A DNA stretch of 63,495 nt, the filler included, from Octopus bimaculoides (taxonomy: Eukaryota): NCBI RefSeq assembly GCF_001194135.2. It is 5 parts of 5 records of this genome, joined end to end, with 100 filler letters (N's around TTAATTAATTAA, not from the genome) between each part and the next. Parts side by side here need not be neighbours in the genome. Positions count along the whole stretch, not along the records: positions 35,469 to 53,665 come from NC_068983.1; 4 more parts are not named here. One strand, 5' to 3'. A program made the position numbers and the translations under genes. Positions 39,203 through 53,765 of this stretch are shown here, one piece after another. The notes under the pieces are model-generated. The model saw only the letters and a program-made list of their open reading frames with translations, was not told where the DNA came from and ran no database searches. Numbering within the stretch: the first letter of the stretch is position 1; each line of letters begins with the position of its first letter.

Positions 39203-40180
39203 GGTGTTTCAGGAAGGTGATTGAGCATATCCAGATCGTCCCTTATGTAGCTTTTGACAGGCTTGAGGAATGGTTTTAAGAGGGTATCTAAAAAGTTACT
39301 GAGGCGTTGGGTTTCGCATGCGGGACCTGCTATAATATGTCTCAATTTTAGATCATTTGGTGTAGGGACTTTATTATGCCTGTAGTTATCCTGCTTGCGT
39401 TACTTATTTTCTCATTTTTTTATATCTTAGGAATACCGTAGAATTGATTGGTTTTACTTTTGAAATTGTTCATATAGTCATATTCTTTGTCAGAGAGCCC
39501 TTCTCTGTATAGGTTTAACATGGATTTTAGGTCTCTCATTATTTTCTGCTGACTGTAGTATTGGCCCTTTTCATAATATGTTTTAATTTATCTTGTTTGG
39601 TCTGGGCCCTCAATTTTAGAAGTTCTGGTTCCATTTTCATTTTTTCCAGTACCATTCTTTCCCTCAGGCGCTTTTGTATTTTAGATTCATCTAACATGGC
39701 TTTAATCAGGAGTTTACGCGGGAGAATTAACGGCGTCCGATTCAGCCATTTTTCGTATACATCCACTTTGTTGTTGTTTTGGATCATCTTCCAAAAGGCG
39801 AGCTTTCTATCATTGAGTGATTTGTTTCATTGTAGTATTATGTGGTGTTTCATTTGCTATGTTGTTAGAGAATTGATCCCATATGCTGCCTCGTATGGAA
39901 GTCCTTGTTTGGCGGTGTGAGAGAAAAATGTTCGAATTGTTTCGCATAAGTTTCCAAGGTTTCGGAGGTTCCAAGGTTTCAGAGGTTGCATTTTTCATAT
40001 CAATTTCCTTCTTGATCTCTCAATTGGGTTCATGTGTCGATAATTTATTCAAAAACGTTAACAGATTTGTGTTGATTTTCTTGAGTTATTTCAGCATTTC
40101 TTCATTTATGGTAGTCATTGTGTGTGTTTCTGTCGGCATTTTCTTTATCTCGTGTGGGGTAATGATATGTGGAAGGTTGA
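39203..40180 (-). mobile_element. Penelope-like element, reverse transcriptase N-terminal region (degenerate)
   Basis: LSDKEYDYMNNFKSKTNQFYGIPKI*K...DLKLRHIIAGPACETQRLSNFLDTLLKPFLKPVKSYIRDDLDMLNHLP fits the PLE RT pattern YG.PKIHK...LRPI.......T..LS..L..LL.P. Cut by (CTT)n and a gap. Confidence 0.88.
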
Positions 40181-42269
40181 AAAGGAAAACACGAATTGAT
40201 ATATATACATATATATATNNNNNNNNNNNNNNNNNNNNNNNNNNNNNNNNNNNNNNNNNNNNNNNNNNNNNNNNNNNNNNNNNNNNNNNNNNNNNNNNNN
40301 NNNNNNNNNNNNNNNNNNNNNNNNNNNNNNNNNNNNNNNNNNNNNNNNNNNNNNNNNNNNNNNNNNNNNNNNNNNNNNNNNNNNNNNNNNNNNNNNNNNN
40401 NNNNNNNNNNNNNNNNNNNNNNNNNNNNNNNNNNNNNNNNNNNNNNNNNNNNNNNNNNNNNNNNNNNNNNNNNNNNNNNNNNNNNNNNNNNNNNNNNNNN
40501 NNNNNNNNNNNNNNNNNNNNNNNNNNNNNNNNNNNNTATATTATTGCTGGTATATTTTACGTGATTGTTTACTCAGATAAAGTATTTGTGAAAGTATAAT
40601 TCATGAGGTTACACAATATGTTAGAAAGAAGCATAGTTTGAGATAACATCGAACGTAAGAAATATAAATTCATGTACTTCAAGACTAGATATATATATAT
40701 ATATCATATAATTGTCACATATTTTCGCATTCGGTGAACCAAGCATCCCTGATGTGCGCTTGTGAGGACTAAAATGACATAAACAATCTGATACGTTTAA
40801 TAACGTTTTGTATGACAGCATAGGAACAATCCTATTGAAAAGAATAACGATTCATATTCGGTATTTAAAATTGCATTGCTGCAAAGTTCTACTGTATGGC
40901 GAAATGTTGTATAAACAAATGGAAAACTTTGAATGCAAAATTATCCGAGTAGATAATCAAGAAAACGTGAGTAAATGCTGTCGTTCGTCAAAATGCACAT
41001 TAAACAGAAACCTAAAAGTTGTGATACACTGTTCTCCAAACTTTGATAGAAATCTTAATAACAATTTAAACATTAATCGGGAGTGTTTGATAGCATGCTT
41101 GTATATAGAGAATATTAAATAAGAATAAACACATTTGATAGTATATATATTAAATATTAGTTGAATAATTAAACTAATAATCACAAAAATGCATTACATG
41201 ATTTTGTTAGTCATTTGAATTAAAGAAAACTAATTTATACATTTCACATAATCTCATTTAAAATGTAATACAATGACAGTGCCATCGAAAGGAAGGAAAT
41301 ACGTGAGAAAATACAAGAGGAAATGTTCTAGTGAAACTCATAGGATTACATATATCGTCAGGTTTCAAAACCCGTTCCAAATTGATAAAGTCACGTTTGA
41401 TAATTATACACAACCCGTGATGTGACACAGACAGGATGTAAGAAAACAAAAGGTAAAGTCTGAATTTGAAAAACAATAATGTGGAAAACCTGCTGTAGGT
41501 CTGTTAAACAATTTCATAGCAAATAATTCGATTTTATGTGAACAATACCCAAATATGTCACTTCTTGATTTCAAATTACTTATGTTCTGTATTGACATAA
41601 CAAACATTTCTTTTGAGGTAAGACTGAAACCTAATCTTTTAACTTTTAGCCCATAAAAAGCAGAGAAATATCATGTATACTAAACATCCTGATACCACTT
41701 GCCACAATTTCCAAATATACTTAGAAGCATCTGTAGCAAATATCCGAGCTGGATTGACCAATCAATGCCAGAATGTATGTAAACAAATCACTTTTTGCAT
41801 GGTATGATTGCGACTGAGCAGAATATATCAATGAAGAGAATACTTACGAATATTCTCAGGGATATTGGTAGATGTTATACATTAACCAATTTGATACAAC
41901 TTTCGAAATGTGGACAAAACATGTAAGTAATTAAATACTGAATGTATCATAAGTAAACCTGAACTACCACATAAATATAAGTCTACGGTCATTACAAGTT
42001 CATAGAAATAGTTTATGTACTTCTTTCTTAGAAGCAAATTATGTACAAAGTAAGTTTTGGGAATCATTATATATAGATCTGTGCACATACTTTAGGTGGT
42101 AGTCTTCATTCATTGCCTAGGTTATAAAAATCATCCGTTCACATGGACTGTTTAAGCAGAGACAATTATGCTGCGATTATTTGAAACACTGGTTTGAGTA
42201 TATCTTTTCCTGAATTGTTTCATTATAACTGTAAAAGATCTTATGCATATCTTTATATAAATAAACATA

Positions 42270-42395
42270 GGATTTGGTCGGCCCGAAGCTATAGTTGAAG
42301 ACACTTGCCCAAGTTGCCCACTCAGTCGGACTGAACCCGTGGCCATGCGGTTGATAAATAAGCTACTTACCGCACATCCACCCCTGCGCCTATAT
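42270..42395 (-). mobile_element. Family A SINE 5' part
   Basis: Reverse complement GTGCGGTAAGTAGCTT...GGGTTCAGTCC...CTTGGGCAAGTGTCTT. Confidence 0.75.
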
Positions 42396-44639
42396 TTATA
42401 CACACATGCACAAACACACACATATTATTTGTAGTGTATATAATTAATTATGATATAAATATATCTATATATCTACAATTACACGCTTCCCACAGTATTG
42501 GTTCAATTATCAGGTAGCTAAAGATGGTAAAAGTCTTAATTTGAAGGCACGATGGCGAGCGCTTTGCCTCATCAATTCACTAAATATCATCGACGCCATA
42601 TTCCAGTTGAAGTAAGTTTTGCTATTGTCAGATTCGTGTCAATGATAGTTGTAGCATAAAGTAGATTTACAATTGTTGCCAAATATTCCTAGATTATTCC
42701 TGAAAATTTTGTACGGAACAATTAAGAAGAAAGATTTACTGAATCCGAATTATACTTTACTTGTATTGTATAATCACATCGATTGCATTATATAATGAAA
42801 CGCATTGGCTTGTTGCCAATACATTATAATGCATCGGCGTCAGAAATGTAAAATGGAAGGCCCATATTCTCAGAATGTATTGGAAAATTAAAATATGCAA
42901 TAACGAACAGAGGTTAGACGTTCGTTAGTCGTTCGCGCTGGTATAAATAACAGCCAAAGTGCCTTTAATATACATTTTCTGCGATATTAAGAAACAATTA
43001 TGTCAACGAAAAAGGGTAGAAATCTATGCTGTAAATAATTCCAAATTGAATTGCATTCGAAGCGCAATCTGTCAAATTAAGAACTGATTATGTAGATTGA
43101 GAATTCTAGGGTTCCTCATGTTACAGAAAATTCACATGTTCAGAGTGTTGCTTATTTGAATAGTAATGGAATAAAACATAATAGAATTTGTTAGCTATGA
43201 ATTTGAAACTCACCTTTAAATACTTCGTATATCACAGTGTTTTTAGCCTAAGATGGCTTCTTTCCATCAAAATCTAAGTAAATTAAAGAAAAGCAACCCG
43301 CATAGTAGCTGCATCAGGTTCGTGCGCGCACGCCTGGGCGGGAGTGCCTATAGATTGGGAGAAGGAAACACAACAACATAATGCGATGAATAATCAAAAC
43401 AGTATTAAAAAAGACAAAGCAGACAATGAAACATGAAAAAGTAAGAGTGAAAAGAAAATAAGTATTTTATACGGCAGAAAAGTATTAGCAGTAAAATTTA
43501 TTCTGTATTCTGTCGTCAGTCGCATTAATAGAAAAGATAAATCTGATGAAACCAATAGACAATATTTTCATTTCATTACATACATGTTGCCATTGAAAAG
43601 ATCGTGTTATTTTATTATCCAAATCATATTTTCAATAAGTGTGGAGTGATAGCTATAACTATGCGGAAAATGTAGCCGAAGGTATCTCTGAGTTTATGTC
43701 TCTGAATATATGTGTACGTATTTGACTTTGCACGCGAAACAGCACATTAGTAAACGAAAAATAATTCGAAAAGTAGCAGAACTGCATTGGACAGGAATTA
43801 TTATTGATTTTCTTATAGCTTATCTTCAGGTAAGATTCATTAATGCAATTTCATTAAACCGATTAGGTTTTTTCGAAACACTACTGCGCTTTAAGATGCT
43901 ACTTAAAGGCAATTAAGTTAATTCTATCAGCGAGTGTTATTCTTGCTTATACTTTTTTAATAACTATATTACAGAAATGAAAGAAGGAGGCATTATAATA
44001 CTATTTTACATTCCTTCTCCCGACACGTGGAAAATAAGTCGTTATAGCTTGGATTCGCACAAAATAGATATAAGGAAAGCACAAAAGCTTATAGTATCCT
44101 GAATATTTAGACACTGAATTATAGAAAATAGTGATTTTTCTCGATGTTTGGAACAGAATATGGCTTCGTAGAAAGTATTAAATCTTTGTAACATGTTCAT
44201 TTAATTAGATTTTATAACAGTACAATGTTTCCATTTATAAAAGTGGTAACTGTGGTTCAGTCTAACTTATTATTTAGATAGAAAGGAAGCCGCAAATGAA
44301 AGTATATAGAATGTTAATGTTTTAATAGGAGATAGTATTTAGAGTACAAAGGAGCTTTTTCTCCTTCTTACACTCTTGTAAAAAACGGAGATTGAGCAAA
44401 TGTGTAATTCATCCAATTCTAAATAAAAATATTCATAGAAGTTCAGGTTACCTAAACTCACTTAATGTCCAGGCTTTCGCTACGCACATAAAAATATGCT
44501 TTGGATAACGTTTAAGGCATCGGTGTCTAGGATGACGCTCATTTAAAGAAGTCAGTGTGTCAGAGAGCTTCAGCAGGGTACATACTTGTAAAATATATGT
44601 TTGATTTATACTGATTTCAAATTTTGGCTTAAGGACAGA

Positions 44640-44800
44640 AAGTTCGACGGCGGAAGCTAGTCGGTTACATTGAGCCCATTACATACTTCATCCACCTGGA
44701 AAAGATAACTGGTAGAATCTTACACGGCGCAATTTGAACTCTGAGCTTCAAGACGGCGAAATGAGACTGAGCATCTTGCCTGGCGTGCTAACGAATCTGC
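44640..44800 (-). mobile_element. Family B SINE (degenerate)
   Basis: Reverse complement GGCAGATTCGTTAGCACGCCAGGCAAGATGCT...GAGTTCAAATT. Confidence 0.65.
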
Positions 44801-46508
44801 CAGGTAATCACCTTATGTTTCATTGATATTAATCTTGATGTCCATGGACAAAGAATTGGATTGCTTACATCTGTAAACATGAAGGTGTGACAATGTGACA
44901 ATTCTAATGGCCGAACATAGGAAAAATTGAAACTCCTTACCGCGTTAAGAGCAACGTAGCAAGCTACTTAATCGAAATACCCAAGCTGCTGAAAACGCGC
45001 AGAAATTTAGATATAGTCAGGTATGGAGAATGGAAAGCAACAGTGTAAGCTTTAGAAATGACTGAATTCTCGACATTCCTTTTGCCAAGTTATCTTCTCT
45101 ATCTGGAGCTGATATCAAAGTATCTCGTAACATTTAATGTAGCTACTAAAATTAGGAAATAACTTGATAAGATATTTCAATCAAATCTTTCATTTAAAAA
45201 TAAAGACTCCAGTTACATTACTAGTGTCATTCAGGAGGGAAAAGTTGTAGTAACTTTTGTACATCTCTGTTGTGGTAATGTTCTCTTCGGGATATATATG
45301 CGTGTGTGTTTGTATGTGAGTGTGTTTGTACGTAGGTGCGTGTACGTATATTTGTGTGTGTATACATACGTGTAGTGTGTAATTGTGTGTATGGGTTTGT
45401 GAGTCTCTGTCTATATATGTATGAATATCTGTGCGTGAATGTGCATTCATGCACTTCACTTCCCCTTTGGGACTTATTTAACATATTTTGTCTTTGAAAT
45501 TTTAAGCTACTCAATAGTAAGGCTGTTTATTTTAAGTGAAACCATCTCCTTTGATATAAGAATATAAAAAAATGCTCGTGCGTAGAAATGTGTACCCCAG
45601 AGGTTATACGTGCGCATATACATGCAAGTAGCGAGTTTGTGAGTCAACTCAGTGGAAAAGTGTTATTGTTCCATTGCTATTTATGACTGCGTATACCTGA
45701 TGTACCTGTGTCTATGTATTTTCTGCACAGTAACTTCAAATGTAGAATAAATACAATACAAATTTATTTTATTTGTAGAATGCTATTCATTTTGCGCTGT
45801 TGTTTTCTGAAAAATATCAATAAAATAAACCCATCTCGTCCTTTTTGCCTGATATGCATTGTTAGGCAACCAGTTCAAAGGTGGAAAATGCTGTGTGTTT
45901 CTCAATAGTTTTCCGTTCCTGTTTACAGTTTTTCCTAACAGTTGACATGTCATTCCTATTTGGCAGACATTCTCACTCTAGAACATTACTTTTTCGCCTT
46001 GCCACATACAACATCTAAGTTTGCAGTCACTGGGCTACTGATTTTATTAGAAAGTTTACAAGTATACATTATTGTTAATATATAGAATTATTCCAGTTTT
46101 GTCATGGTCATCAGAGATAGTAATTCTCGAATATAGTCATGTAGATATTTTTACCCCATAGCAGAAGGGTTTAGTAGTGACAGTCGGTGCTGTGTACCAA
46201 TATGAGTCCGTTCACTAAATACATACTTTTTCATACAAGGAAATTTGCTGTGTATTGAGGGACACTTCTCAGTGTTGTATATTTGTATACATGGTGCTAC
46301 ACAGAGCGAGACATGACACTGCTCACAAAGTTTGTTTCTTTTCGCACACCACCCTTCATACGAAGCACACGTCTTCTGTACAGTCGTGGTCTCCTCCCCG
46401 TCAAACTTGCTTCAATAGGTGGAGTAGGTGGCCTGCCTTCTGGCTTATATGTATATGTATATATATATATAATACACACGCAGACACGCGCGCGCACACA
46501 CACACACG

Positions 46509-46543
<35 letters not shown>

Positions 46544-47089
46544 ACACTGTTCCATTTGTTTCAGTTATTTGATTGCAACCATACTGGTGCACCGCTTTGA
46601 AGAAATTTCGTCGTACGAAATGACATCAAAACTTTTATGTTTAAGAGTGTTACCTATTTAATTCTATTGTTTTGTTCAATTGTTAAGATTCGGGGTATCA
46701 ATGCTGGTTCTCAAGCGGTGTTCAAAGATGAACGTAGACACAAAGACCAACGCATGCACTGACACACACATGACCACATACAAATACTCACGCACAATAC
46801 TCTCTTATTTTTTCAGTCCCTTCCTTCCATATTGGTTCAAAAATATTTTGGTTGCCCGGGCAAGAAGACAAGACATTTACGCAAGGTGGTACACAATGGG
46901 ACAGAATATGTAACCATATGCTTGGGAGGCTAACCCCTTATAGCATAGCACTGAGGATTTCTACTGCAAGTTTGTGTTTTTGCACGTCATTCTGGCCAGG
47001 ATGGTTTTCCATGGAACAGCTGTAACTGTTTAGAAGTGTTCCGCTCAAACACATTATGTTATTTACTTTCGCTGTTGAGTATACATGTG

Positions 47090-47470
47090 GAGGCGCAATG
47101 GCCCAGTGGTTAGGGCAGCAGACTAACGGTCATAGGATCACGGTTTCGATTCCCAGACCAGGCGTTGTGAGTGTTTATTGAGCGAAAACACCTAAAGCTC
47201 CACGAGACTCCGGCAGGGGATGGTGGCGAACCCTGCTGTACTCTTTTACCACAACTTTCTCTCACTCTTACTTCCTGTTTCTGTTGTGCCTGTAATTCTA
47301 AGGGTCAGCCTTGTCACACTGTGTCACGCTGAATCTCCCCGAGAACTACGTTAATGGTACACGTGTCTGTGGAGTGCTCAGCCACTTGCACGTTAATTCC
47401 ACGAGCAGGCTGTTCCGTTGATCGGATCAACTGGGACCCGCGACGTCGTGAGCGACGGAGTGCCAACAAG
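47090..47470 (+). mobile_element. Full-length tRNA-derived SINE (family C) with 14-bp TSD
   Basis: A box TGGCCCAGTGG and B box GGTTTCGATTCC. TSD TGAGTATACATGTG at 47076-47089 and 47471-47484. Confidence 0.95.
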
Positions 47471-50400
47471 TGAGTATACATGTGATGTAATATTTCTATC
47501 TTACTTAGTAGGAGTTATCTCAGGGGTAAGATATGCTATTCAAACTCGATAAGGACAGACTTGCCTTTGAGTACTGTTCGATTTACATTTTTTCAGTCTC
47601 ATTTTAACTAGAAAGTTATTAGTAGTAATCAGCTTCTTCCTTGTGTGATGTCCAAATACGGCATTTCTTGAAGTGCACATCACACCATTCCTAATAAAGG
47701 TACCAGCACGTGCCGCGTGTAGTTGAATTAAATACAGACAGCTCTCACTCTTATGCATTCCGAACGTACAAAGTTAATGTTTGACACTCTAGAATTACCG
47801 ATGGTACAAATGGTTGTAATATACTAGTCGAAACTAAGATGTGTATAGCATTCATTGCAGGAGATAGATGATTATTAGATATAGCTCTGTGCACTAGGTT
47901 TTAATCAGACACTTAATAACATTACTAACACGTTGAATCTTGTATGGCCTTAGTGATTATTGCATCTATTCATGAGAAACACACTTTCCTATAACCTAGT
48001 CATAAAATGAAAATATTTCGTATGTGTATACATACGGGGGTGCGCGCAAACACACACATGCACACACATTCACACACACAAATTCATACACATATATTCA
48101 CGCACACACACACACACGCACACATACATACTTGCATGTGTGACTATATACATATGCGTGTATATATATATATATATATATATATNNNNNNNNNNNNNNN
48201 NNNNNNNNNNNNNNNNNNNNNNNNNNNNNNNNNNNNNNNNNNNNNNNNNNNNNNNNNNNNNNNNNNNNNNNNNNNNNNNNNNNNNNNNNNNNNNNNNNNN
48301 NNNNNNNNNNNNNNNNNNNNNNNNNNNNNNNNNNNNNNNNNNNNNNNNNNNNNNNNNNNNNNNNNNNNNNNNNNNNNNNNNNNNNNNNNNNNNNNNNNNN
48401 NNNNNNNNNNNNNNNNNNNNNNNNNNNNNNNNNNNNNNNNNNNNNNNNNNNNNNNNNNNNNNNNNNNNNNNNNNNNNNNNNNNNNNNNNNNNNNNNNNNN
48501 NNNNNNNNNNNNNNNNNNNNNNNNNNNNNNNNNNNNNNNNNNNNNNNNNNNNNNNNNNNNNNNNNNNNNNNNNNNNNNNNNNNNNNNNNNNNNNNNNNNN
48601 NNNNNNNNNNNNNNNNNNNNNNNNNNNNNNNNNNNNNNNNNNNNNNNNNNNNNNNNNNNNNNNNNNNNNNNNNNNNNNNNNNNNNNNNNNNNNNNNNNNN
48701 NNNNNNNNNNNNNNNNNNNNNNNNNNNNNNNNNNNNNNNNNNNNNNNNNNNNNNNNNNNNNNNNNNNNNNNNNNNNNNNNNNNNNNNNNNNNNNNNNNNN
48801 NNNNNNNNNNNNNNNNNNNNNNNNNNNNNNNNNNNNNNNNNNNNNNNNNNNNNNNNNNNNNNNNNNNNNNNNNNNNNNNNNGTGTGTGTGTGTGTGTGTG
48901 TGGGTGTGTGTGTGCGCGTATATGTGCTTGTGTGTATGTGTATGGGTGAGTATTTTGTCACAACTCTCCGACGAACTGGAACTGGTAGAATGTGTCATTT
49001 TGAACATATTTTACTCTTAGCGTTGTTGAGAAAAGTTTCTATTTACGAAGTTATTTCGTGTTAAAATTGTCGTATTTCGGTAATTACAACCAATCAATGA
49101 CGTGTATTCGGCTGAAGTAAAAGATGTCACATTCTACCAGTATACAAAGTTTCATAGTGTTTAGCTAAAGAAAATTAATCGATCGAGCTGCCCATGAAAA
49201 GGAAAAGATCCCACACTTATTCATTATTTTTCATATGTGTATATATACATGTCTATATATTCAATTAATTTATATATATTTCCTGCCGTATNNNNNNNNN
49301 NNNNNNNNNNNNNNNNNNNNNNNNNNNNNNNNNNNNNNNNNNNNNNNNNNATATATATATATATATACGTGTCCAGGCATGTATGTGCCTGCACGTAGGT
49401 GTATCTTGTATACACATTAGAATCTGTTAGATGAATGCTTTGTTTAAATAGCTATGACATTTTACGTTTTTTATCTTTTGAACGTTTTACCGACTTCATT
49501 TAGATCGATATAGCAGGTATTCATTTTAATCTTAACCATGTGTCAAAATGTTACAACATTTATATGGATTCTATCAGTGAATTAGTTTATGTTGTCCTCC
49601 TAAATGCATAAGCGGTAACGGAAGACTTATTAATGATTTAGATTTACATTTTATCGATTTTCCTAGATGCTTATTCGTCTATGCAAAATATTTCTGACAT
49701 TATATATTTAATATCACGTAAAATACTAAAGTAAATTTAATGGTTTCATGTATGGAATAATCACGTATAACAGATAGCTTCCTTGTAAGACAATTAATTT
49801 TAATTTCATTTATCCGTTTGTACAGCATTTCGAATACAGCAATAACATATGCAGCATTGAATGAAGTGAGATCTCTTTTAGTATGAACTACTAGTTCATA
49901 CTACTATTTTCCTAAAATAAAACGTATAATTCTTATATAAAATTAATATACTTTACGTGTTTGCAGTTTTTGGAGCATATTATTCGATAAATTGCATACA
50001 GTAAGATTGGCATTAATTCATGTAATATTTGTGACTTGCTAATGTTTTGAATCAAAAATGCTAATGACGACTAGCAAACAATATACCATTCTATAATCTT
50101 TGCCATTTGAACTTTGAAATCCCCAATATTTTCGGCAAAGAATTTGAATAAATCTTTAAGATAAACGACGTCGAGCATTAAAACTAAGCTACTGAAATTC
50201 ACTGTTATTTCATATAAACCAAGCACAATAATTCATTTGATGATATGCGTGAGACAGTAATCAATAGGAAAATGACGTGATATTTATAATAACAATTGGG
50301 GATGATAGGACATTTACATTTCATGTACGCAATAGCACTGGAGGCAGAACCAACTTAATTTATCTTATCTCAACGCTTCGGTTCCGGTTTCAAAATTTCT

Positions 50401-53400
50401 CAAAACCAAATTCGTCAGAATAATCTTAGACACAATGAACGGATGATAGCGCTGTTACGCTGTTACTCAGTGAGTAAGGTATGAAATCTTCAAGTTACAG
50501 AAATAACTCTAATAAGACACGTTTAGTGATTTCTTCAAACAAGTTGTTGTTCTTTGACTTAAAATTCAGAGCCCTCATCATTTTGTAAAATTTAACTCCG
50601 TATGATTGTGTACGGTTGAAGGTTTAATAGGTAAAATGCATTGTGCAATGCTATAAGCACCCGGAAATTTTTTTTATGACTTGAGCATGTCTCTGTAACA
50701 TCGTACGTAAGGACGGGAGAAGGAAACTGTTGCTGCTAAAAGAACACACTCTCAATTCCATTCAGTTAACGTGTAGATCATGATATACTAAAGTGTTATA
50801 CTCTCACGTTCAGATGCTATAAGGCGTAGCGAATGAATAAGCGAGGAATCATTAGAACTTCTTCACTCAGTCGAATCAGTCTGTAGTTGCATATATTACG
50901 AAGTGAGGTAGATAGAATTATATTGTTCTACCGAGTGAGACAGGGTGTCTGCTACAGGTGCGCTGTTGCTGATTTCCATAAACCAAAGAAGAGATTACAG
51001 TAGTGCCGTAAGAATTATATAGCATTCTTAACTTCGTAAGGTCCCGCAGCAACTATACAACCTGGAATTGTAGAGAAATAATCAAACAATATATGAAAAT
51101 CCATTATCAATCTATGAACGAGGAGCATGCGAAATCGTTTGGGATGTAGGAATGTGGAAATTCTGGAGAAAACATAAGTGTCGTCAAAACGAAAACACAT
51201 AATCCCGATCTTTTGTAAGGAAAACCATTTCAAAAGAACAGCGATTGAGTGCACCTTTCTTTGAAGCAGTCGCAGAATTAAAAACAAAGGAGACGCATCA
51301 AGTTCTTGGTAGTTATGCGTGGCATGTTTTGCACTGTCAAGAAAAATTGCTGGTTTCCGGAGTGGACTGATTCATAAGTTAATACTACAGGAACGTCCTC
51401 CGTCAAACAAGCTGTAAATACGGAAAGAAAGCTTCTGTGAAGATATGCTCTACATTATGAAATGAAGGCCAGACTAGAGAAAGCTTATGTTGTTTGGTGA
51501 ATTTTACGTAAAAGTCGCATTTTACTGGAGATTTAGGAAGGAAACAATGGAAAGAAAACAGTTTGGAGGAGAACACTCGATGGCATAAATGCAGATGAAA
51601 TTTAGTTGCGATGCTTAAAACTATTCTACCAAATTCTTTTATAGACCAGCATATGCAGCCTGTATCAGTTTCTCAGTGGAGATAGATCGCTACCTTATGG
51701 AAGAACAACACTTTTTGGAACAAGGCTGTTGCGTTTCTATTGTTTTGTAATCGATATCTCTATTGTCAATAATGTGTTAATGATTCGTTTGCCAGAACCA
51801 GTTGTCAGTGATGCTTAGCTATTTTCCCTATCAATGAGAATGTTAAAAAGGTCCTGCGAAACCAGTTCTGTAGAGAATCCCGGTACCTAAGGCAGTTTCG
51901 TTGAAATCATTAAGATTTGGCAGCTGTTTATCTTCCACAAATTTCACGGGAATCTTCCACTCAGTGTTGCTCTAGTTGGCTATTCTACAGCAGCTCATTT
52001 CCATATCAATACGAAGGAACGTGTCAATCATAAAATAACCTCTGTAACATATCTCTGTTTTAAAATCTGGAACCATCCTCCGAATAAAATTGCATATTCA
52101 GTGCAATTGCCATATCGATTAAAATCCCGTATATATGACCGAAAATAACGAAAAACAAAATACGGATACATTTAAACAAACGAGGCTGCAATATTTTGGA
52201 TCACAAGCCACTTTCCTCAAAATGATGTGAGTGGAAATGCAACCAGGTGGCAGATAGTACGAAGAAAGTTTAACACCAAATAATAAATGATTAAATAAAG
52301 TTAGCATTTTGTGCATTTTCCCGAGACTATGTTCCCACGCACATTCACAGTTTCGGCTACCTGATATCACCTGCAGTTTGGAGATATTTCCTCTGGATCA
52401 ACGTCAGGAATTCCGCAGTGTTAGTTGAGATAACAATGGATGAATGAAACGAAAGATAGATTTAGCACTAGTCTTTATTCAGTATGACGATCGTTTCGCC
52501 CTTTCCGTAAATGTGCGTTATGGGTATGATATTGTTCACCTAACTCTGCACAATATCATTTAGGCTAACGGACTCAAGGGGATAACCTATAATCTTTTTT
52601 GACCGGTTGTACTCTCTATACTCTCTATATTTTATGATTGCATGATTTTAATATTGTGCTATATTCTCGGGAACATATATAGATAGCCCCCCCATTTGGT
52701 GGTTATAACCAAAATAAGCGGCAAAGAACAATGTGCCTAGGGCAACTTAGTATATCTCGAGGGAAATACACTTCTTTATGCAAACAACTGATGTGACACA
52801 AAAGGACACAGATTGATACAACGCAATTAGATGCACAATAAACTGCCCCTAACGGACAGTTGCAGGATGAGTCAAAAACGATCGTCGTACTGTGTAAAGA
52901 CTAGTGCCAAATCTATTTTCCATTTCCTTCATCAATTTTATATATATGTATACAAATACTGACCACACACATATATGTATATGCATACCCATGTTTCGTC
53001 ATGAGATGTAAAACAACCGAAGCATGCTCAGAGTTTCAACATAAAAATCAACGATCATATTTCTATAAGGTTGCATGTTGTTATTTTAAATAATTTTAGT
53101 TATCTTATATTCACTTGTTTTCGTGGCTTTATTTTATGGACACAGCTATAGAAATACATATTTTTTTGTATCGTAATGTTGATGTAATTTTAATTAATAT
53201 AAATTTCGATACATTACATTTAATACGTTAGCAAACACTTTAGTATAATTACAATAGTAAAACATATTCATAATTTTTTTTTTCTGGCAACCTACTTAAA
53301 TAATATCGCAAAATCTACTAAAAATCTTAAATCTATGAGCAAAAAAAACAAAAACAAAATGTCTAAAATGAACTGATATTAATAACAGAAACAGCTAATA

Positions 53401-53665
53401 AGTTATATTACTGCAAATGTTTCTAGATGTATTACACATTCAATGAAAAATAAAATTAAATATTGAAAATAAATATATTGAAGTGTTAATATTATCATAT
53501 AAATTGATGGTTTCATAGAACTAATACTTGAATTCCTATATTCATTATTTACAACTCTGGAGTGTTGATTAATCGGAAAATATAAATTAATATTGCTACA
53601 TTAATGAGGCTTATAAGAAATTAAAATAACATAACTCGTAATATATATATATATATATATATATA

Positions 53666-53765
53666 NNNNNNNNNNNNNNNNNNNNNNNNNNNNNNNNNNN
53701 NNNNNNNNNTTAATTAATTAANNNNNNNNNNNNNNNNNNNNNNNNNNNNNNNNNNNNNNNNNNNN
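53666..53765. other. Artificial contig linker
   Basis: Same 44N/12/44N structure. Confidence 0.95.

Noticed and set aside
46297-46440. Minus-strand ORF PEGRPPTPPIEASLTGRRPRLYRRRVLRMKGG as a terminal exon
   Set aside because: No polypyrimidine acceptor (preceded by TA/TG repeats) and no recognisable family.
47090-47170. tRNA genes at SINE heads
   Set aside because: A and B boxes are followed by SINE bodies and TSDs; no complete cloverleaf.
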